DNA from: Pedobacter sp.
GTDB taxonomy: Bacteria > Desulfobacterota > Desulfuromonadia > Desulfuromonadales > Syntrophotaleaceae
NCBI GenBank assembly: GCA_050253415.1
Contig: JBFWJC010000011.1
Span: 1-30,381, forward strand
Reading direction: 5' to 3'
Length of the DNA: 30,381 bases
Shown: positions 26,087 to 30,381 of the stretch, piece after piece
How positions within the stretch are numbered: the stretch's first letter is position 1
Layout: each line of letters starts with the position of its first letter
Position numbers and translations under genes: made by a program
The notes under the pieces: generated by a model
Seen by the model: only the letters and a program-made list of their open reading frames with translations
What the model was told of the DNA's origin: nothing
Databases searched by the model: none

Positions 26087-26119
26087 GCATCCCCTCGCAC
26101 AAGCGCACGAGGGGATGCT
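26087..26119 (-). terminator. Hairpin/terminator after the transporter gene
   Basis: GCATCCCCTCG/CGAGGGGATGC 11-bp inverted repeat with a T run on the minus strand. Confidence 0.6.
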
Positions 26120-26155
26120 GATTATTAAACGGCAATAAATCTTACAGACGAGCCG

Positions 26156-27466
26156 TTAATTCCTCATGCGCTTGGGAACGAATTTTTCATTATTTAAAGT
26201 AATGGTGAGTACGACACCAAGAGCCAGCAGAGCTGCTGCGGACATGAAAACGTAACGACCTGCCTGAGCAGCGAAGTTATCTTTGAAATATGCAACGATC
26301 TGCGGACCGACGATGCCTGCGAAACCCCAGGCGGTGAGGATAATTCCGTACACCACCGGCATAAGACGCGGACCGAAGGTATCTCCAACATAGGAGGGCA
26401 TGGTGCCAAAGCCACCGCCGTAGCAAAGCAGGACATAGCATACACCGGCGCTGAAAACAAAGGCATTGTTTACAAACAAGAGACCGACGAACACAAAGAT
26501 CTGGGAGGCCAGCATCAGGCGGAAGGCCTGGGTACGACCGACTTTGTCGGAAAGCCCGCCCCAGAAGAAACGACCAATGCCGTTAAACAGGGAACTGATA
26601 CCGATCAGAGTCGCACCGGCAGCAGCGAGTTTGGCAATCACTGCGGGGTCCGTAAGCTGGGTCGCGTCATAGGCTTTTTTAAGAATATCCTGAAGGATCG
26701 GCGACTGAAAGCTGATGAACATGATGCCGGCACAGATGTTCAGAAAGAACACCACCCACATCATGGCAAAACGGCCGGAAAACAGACACTCCCCGACAGT
26801 GATGGATTCGCAATACTCAGAAGTCCCCTTGCCGCCTGCACCGGCAGCGGCCATACCAGCGGGCACCCAACCGGCAGGAGGAATGACCATGAAATAACCG
26901 GGGATCAGGGTCAGAACCAGCATGACAGCACCGAGTACATAAAAAACATTAACCAGGTTGCCGTTGAAGGCGTCCAGAGCGATGGGTCCCAGAACCTTGG
27001 CCATCATCAGGGCGCCAAAACCGAAGCCCATGACGACCATGCCGGTAATCAGACCTTTTTTATCAGGGAACCACTTGGCGGCAACGGAAACGGGGGTGAC
27101 ATAACCCAGACCCAGACCGAGCCCACCGATGATGCCGTAGCCAATGTAGAGCAGCACCAGTGACTGGATGGACAAAGCGTAAGCCGAAATCAAATAACCC
27201 ACTCCGAACAGCGTACCACCGGACATGGCCAGTACCCGAGGAGGAATTTTCCCCTGCGCCATTTTGATGCCGCCGATGGACGCGCCAACCCCAAGGAAAA
27301 AAATAGCCAGACTGAAAACCCAGGCTGCCTGGACATTGGACCAGCCGGTGGAAGCCATCAGAGGCTTCTGCCAAAAACTCCACGCGTAGACGGTACCCAA
27401 GGATACCTGCATCAACGTTGCCATGGTGGCAACGATCCAACGATTGGGCAGTTTCTGTAACGACAT
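26156..27466 (-). CDS. OFA-family MFS transporter (OxlT-like, probable formate transport)
   Basis: GTVYAWS, KWFPDKKGL, GRFFWGGLSDKVGR and CYGGGFG motifs. Many hydrophobic helices. Confidence 0.9.
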   Translation of the reverse strand: MSLQKLPNRWIVATMATLMQVSLGTVYAWSFWQKPLMASTGWSNVQAAWVFSLAIFFLGVGASIGGIKMAQGKIPPRVLAMSGGTLFGVGYLISAYALSIQSLVLLYIGYGIIGGLGLGLGYVTPVSVAAKWFPDKKGLITGMVVMGFGFGALMMAKVLGPIALDAFNGNLVNVFYVLGAVMLVLTLIPGYFMVIPPAGWVPAGMAAAGAGGKGTSEYCESITVGECLFSGRFAMMWVVFFLNICAGIMFISFQSPILQDILKKAYDATQLTDPAVIAKLAAAGATLIGISSLFNGIGRFFWGGLSDKVGRTQAFRLMLASQIFVFVGLLFVNNAFVFSAGVCYVLLCYGGGFGTMPSYVGDTFGPRLMPVVYGIILTAWGFAGIVGPQIVAYFKDNFAAQAGRYVFMSAAALLALGVVLTITLNNEKFVPKRMRN

Positions 27467-27547
27467 TCGAATCTCTCCTTTTTAAAAATTACTGCTAATT
27501 GTCAGGGGGTGCGCGCAGCACCCCCTGCCTCCCCTACAAAATCACAA

Positions 27548-30238
27548 TCAAATTTTTTCCACAGACGCCGCACAAGACTTGAATTCAGGTATCTTGGCGA
27601 TGGGATCGAGTACCGGGTTGGTCAAGGCGTTCGCAGGGCCGTCTGCAAAGTGGAACGGCATGAAAATAACGTTTTCCTTGAGTTTGTCAGTCACTTTTGC
27701 CGTAGCCTGAACGGCACCGCGTCGTGTCGAAATCCTGACTTTGCCGCCCTCGGCGACACCGAGCTTTTTAGCGGCTGCCGGGTTGATCTCCACGAAGGAT
27801 TCGGGGAACAGGTTGTTCAAACCGTCCACTTTTCCAGTCATGGTTTTGGTGTGGTAGTGGTAAAGGATGCGACCGGTGGACAGAATAAACGGATAGTCGC
27901 TGTCAGGCAGTTCGGCGCTCGGTTTAAATTCCCAGGGCTTGAGCAATCCGAGACCACGAGCACACTTGTCCTTGTGCAGGAACTTGGTACCAGGGTGATC
28001 GGTCGTCGGGCAAGGCCATTGCAGGGATTCGTTTTCCAGACGGGCATAGTTGATCCCGCCGTAGGAAGGCGTCACCGAAGCAATCTCTTCCATGATTTCC
28101 GTAGCATTGGCGTAGGTCTTTTCATAACCGAGCTTGGCCATCATTTCCTGAAGGATAACCCAGTCCGCCTTGGCCTGGCCGGGTGCGGGAATAGCTTGAC
28201 GAACGCGCTGCACGCGACGTTCGGTGTTGGTGAAGGTACCATCTTTCTCGGCGAAAGAAGCAGCCGGCAGCACGACGTCAGCCAGTTCTGCAGTTTCGGT
28301 CAGGAAGATATCCTGCACCACGAGGAAATCCAGCGCCTCGAGGCCTGCCCGCACGTGCTTCTGATCAGGGTCGGAGAGCATGGGGTTTTCGCCCATGATA
28401 TAGAGGAACTTGATCTCCCCTTTGCCGGCCATGGGAATGATTTCGGTGACAGTATGACCGGGTTCGGTGGAAAGCTTGACGCCCCAGGCTTTTTCGAATT
28501 TGGCCACTGCTTCGGGATTGGCCACTTTCTGGTAGCCGGTAAAATCACCCGGCAGACAGCCCATGTCGCAGGCACCCTGCACGTTGTTCTGCCCGCGCAG
28601 CGGGTTGACACCGGAAGACTCCTTGCCGATATGACCGCACAACAGGGCCAGATTGGAGGTGCCCATGACGCCGCTGGTACCGGTGCTGTGTTGGGTTACG
28701 CCCATGGAGTAGAAAATGGACGCGGCCTTGGCATTGGCATAAAGACGCGCAGCAACCCGGACATCTTCGGCGTTGATGCCGCAGATTTCCGCAACTCTTT
28801 CGGGAGTGTATTCCTTGATAACCTTCGCCAGTTCTTCGTAGTTCTCGCAACGCTCCTTGATAAAGGCTTCGTCCTGCAGACCTTCCTCAAGGATGACATT
28901 CATCATGCCGTTGTACAGAGCCACGTTGGTACCCGGCGTAATCTGCATAAAGACGTCGGCCTGTTTGACCAGATCGATGCGGCGCGGTTCGGCCACGATC
29001 AGCTTGGCGCCTTTAGCGACGGCCTGACGGATTTTGGCACCGATGACCGGATGGGTTTCGGTGGTATTGGAACCGGTGACGAAGATCACATCCGAATTCA
29101 CTATTTCGCTGATGCTGTTGGTCATTGCGCCACTGCCGAGGGTTGTGGCCAGACCGGCAACGGTCGAGGCGTGGCAAAGCCGTGCACAGTGATCGATGTT
29201 ATTGGTACCGAAGACAGCTCGCACCATCTTCATGAACAGATAGTTTTCTTCGTTGGTGACGCGCGCGGAAGCCAGACCGGCCAGAGCGTCGGCGCCAAAT
29301 TTACTTTTAGTTTCGTTCAATTTACTGGCGATAAGTTCGTAGGCCTCATCCCAGCTGGCCGGTACGAGTTGGCCGTCTTTCTTGATCAGCGGAGTTTTCA
29401 ATCGGTCGGGGTGGTTGATGAAGTTGTAGCCGAACTTGCCCTTAACGCACAGCAGGCCTTCGTTGGCCGCACCGTAGGAAGGCTCAACACCGACAACCTT
29501 GTTGTTTTTAACCAACAGGTTCATCTCGCAACCGACACCGCAATAGGAACAAGTGGTTTTGACCCGATCCACTTCCCAGAAGCGGAATTTCTCCTTGCTC
29601 TTGGGCTGCAACGCACCGGTGGGGCAAGCCGAAACGCAGTTACCGCACGAAACGCAAATCGAATCGGTCATCTTCTTATCAAAGGGCGCCACCGGATGGG
29701 TGGTGAAACCGCGGTTGCCGAACCCGATAGCGTCGGTCTGCTGGAAGTTGGAGCAGATCTGCACACAACGCCGGCAAGCCACGCACTTGTTGAGATCCCG
29801 CACGTAAAACTCGTTGCTGTCATCCAGGGGAAAATCGTTGCGCATACCTGGGAATTCAGTCTGTTCAATATCGTAGCGGTAGCACAGATTCTGCAGGGAG
29901 CAGTTACCAGCCTGGCCGCAAGTCAGACAGTCAAGGGGATGGTCGGACAGCATCAGGTTAATGACGGTCTTGCGCGCTTCTACAACCCGCGGGCTTTCGG
30001 TAAGAATAACCATGCCGTCCATGACCGAAGTGGCGCACGCAGGTGCAAGGTTGCGCCGTTTCTCGATTTCGACCACGCATACACGGCAGGCAGCAGCCTG
30101 TTGATTGAACTGTTTTTCCATATCAAGATGGCACAGCGTGGGGATATCGATGCCGAGGGTTTTAGCCGCAGCAAGGATCGTGCTGCCAGCGGGCACTTCG
30201 ATAGCCTGCCCATCAATCGTCAAATTCACCATAGACAT
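27548..30238 (-). CDS. fdhF: Cytoplasmic formate dehydrogenase alpha subunit (Cys type) with NuoG-like N-terminal FeS domains
   Basis: CSYCGVGC, DHCARLCH, LRGQNNVQG. N-terminal [2Fe-2S], HxxxCxxC and 2x[4Fe-4S]. No Tat signal. Confidence 0.95.
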   Translation of the reverse strand: MSMVNLTIDGQAIEVPAGSTILAAAKTLGIDIPTLCHLDMEKQFNQQAAACRVCVVEIEKRRNLAPACATSVMDGMVILTESPRVVEARKTVINLMLSDHPLDCLTCGQAGNCSLQNLCYRYDIEQTEFPGMRNDFPLDDSNEFYVRDLNKCVACRRCVQICSNFQQTDAIGFGNRGFTTHPVAPFDKKMTDSICVSCGNCVSACPTGALQPKSKEKFRFWEVDRVKTTCSYCGVGCEMNLLVKNNKVVGVEPSYGAANEGLLCVKGKFGYNFINHPDRLKTPLIKKDGQLVPASWDEAYELIASKLNETKSKFGADALAGLASARVTNEENYLFMKMVRAVFGTNNIDHCARLCHASTVAGLATTLGSGAMTNSISEIVNSDVIFVTGSNTTETHPVIGAKIRQAVAKGAKLIVAEPRRIDLVKQADVFMQITPGTNVALYNGMMNVILEEGLQDEAFIKERCENYEELAKVIKEYTPERVAEICGINAEDVRVAARLYANAKAASIFYSMGVTQHSTGTSGVMGTSNLALLCGHIGKESSGVNPLRGQNNVQGACDMGCLPGDFTGYQKVANPEAVAKFEKAWGVKLSTEPGHTVTEIIPMAGKGEIKFLYIMGENPMLSDPDQKHVRAGLEALDFLVVQDIFLTETAELADVVLPAASFAEKDGTFTNTERRVQRVRQAIPAPGQAKADWVILQEMMAKLGYEKTYANATEIMEEIASVTPSYGGINYARLENESLQWPCPTTDHPGTKFLHKDKCARGLGLLKPWEFKPSAELPDSDYPFILSTGRILYHYHTKTMTGKVDGLNNLFPESFVEINPAAAKKLGVAEGGKVRISTRRGAVQATAKVTDKLKENVIFMPFHFADGPANALTNPVLDPIAKIPEFKSCAASVEKI

Positions 30239-30258
30239 AGGACAAATCTCCTTATTCG

Positions 30259-30381
30259 TTACTGTTTGATGATGGCGTCGAATTTACACTTGTCCAGACA
30301 TGCGCCGCACTTGATACATTCGGCCTGATCAATGACATGGACTTCCTTGGGCTTGCCGCTGATACAGTTAACCGGGCAAAC
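30259..30381 (-). CDS. C-terminal fragment of a NuoF/HydB-like subunit (partial)
   Basis: VCPVNCISGKPKEVHVIDQAECIKCGACLDKCKFDAIIKQ-stop, a 2x[4Fe-4S] C-terminus directly upstream of fdhF. Confidence 0.75.
   Translation of the reverse strand, partial: VCPVNCISGKPKEVHVIDQAECIKCGACLDKCKFDAIIKQ

Noticed and set aside
29170..29195. Possible selenocysteine in FdhF
   Set aside because: The active-site codon is TGC (Cys) in ARLCH and the ORF is uninterrupted.
27509..30328. 939-aa ORF on the + strand
   Set aside because: Antisense shadow of fdhF. No recognisable motif or RBS. Expected from biased codon usage.

Overview
The window has two parts. The gene content suggests an anaerobic Desulfuromonadales-type bacterium such as Pelobacter/Syntrophotalea (inference only). 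(1) Positions 1-~7665 are the right arm of an integrated phage/ICE-like element that abuts the 3' end of the tmRNA gene. A leftward block carries a LexA/CI-type repressor, two AT-richer hypothetical proteins (one with an OmpR-like C-terminal winged helix), a small conserved protein and an ECF-like sigma factor. A rightward block carries a small ORF, a DUF2924 protein, a large serine recombinase and an HTH accessory protein. (2) Positions 7666-30381 are host backbone: ssrA, smpB, an RseC-like protein, DUF502, an amidohydrolase, panDCB with a pan-motif leader/attenuator, a large NAD-glutamate dehydrogenase, an hfsABC-like sensory [FeFe]-hydrogenase operon, a radical SAM protein with an N-terminal SPASM domain, a lipoprotein, and a formate dehydrogenase cluster (NuoF-like fragment, fdhF, OFA transporter, fdhD, mobA). 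The most interesting signal is in the non-coding DNA of the element, which suggests a multi-tier regulatory cascade. It comprises a repressor palindrome, tandem TTTGGAC boxes, two identically spaced TCCGAC-N16-CGGTA candidate sigma promoters, and a duplicated covarying RNA hairpin in front of SD-sequestering stems.
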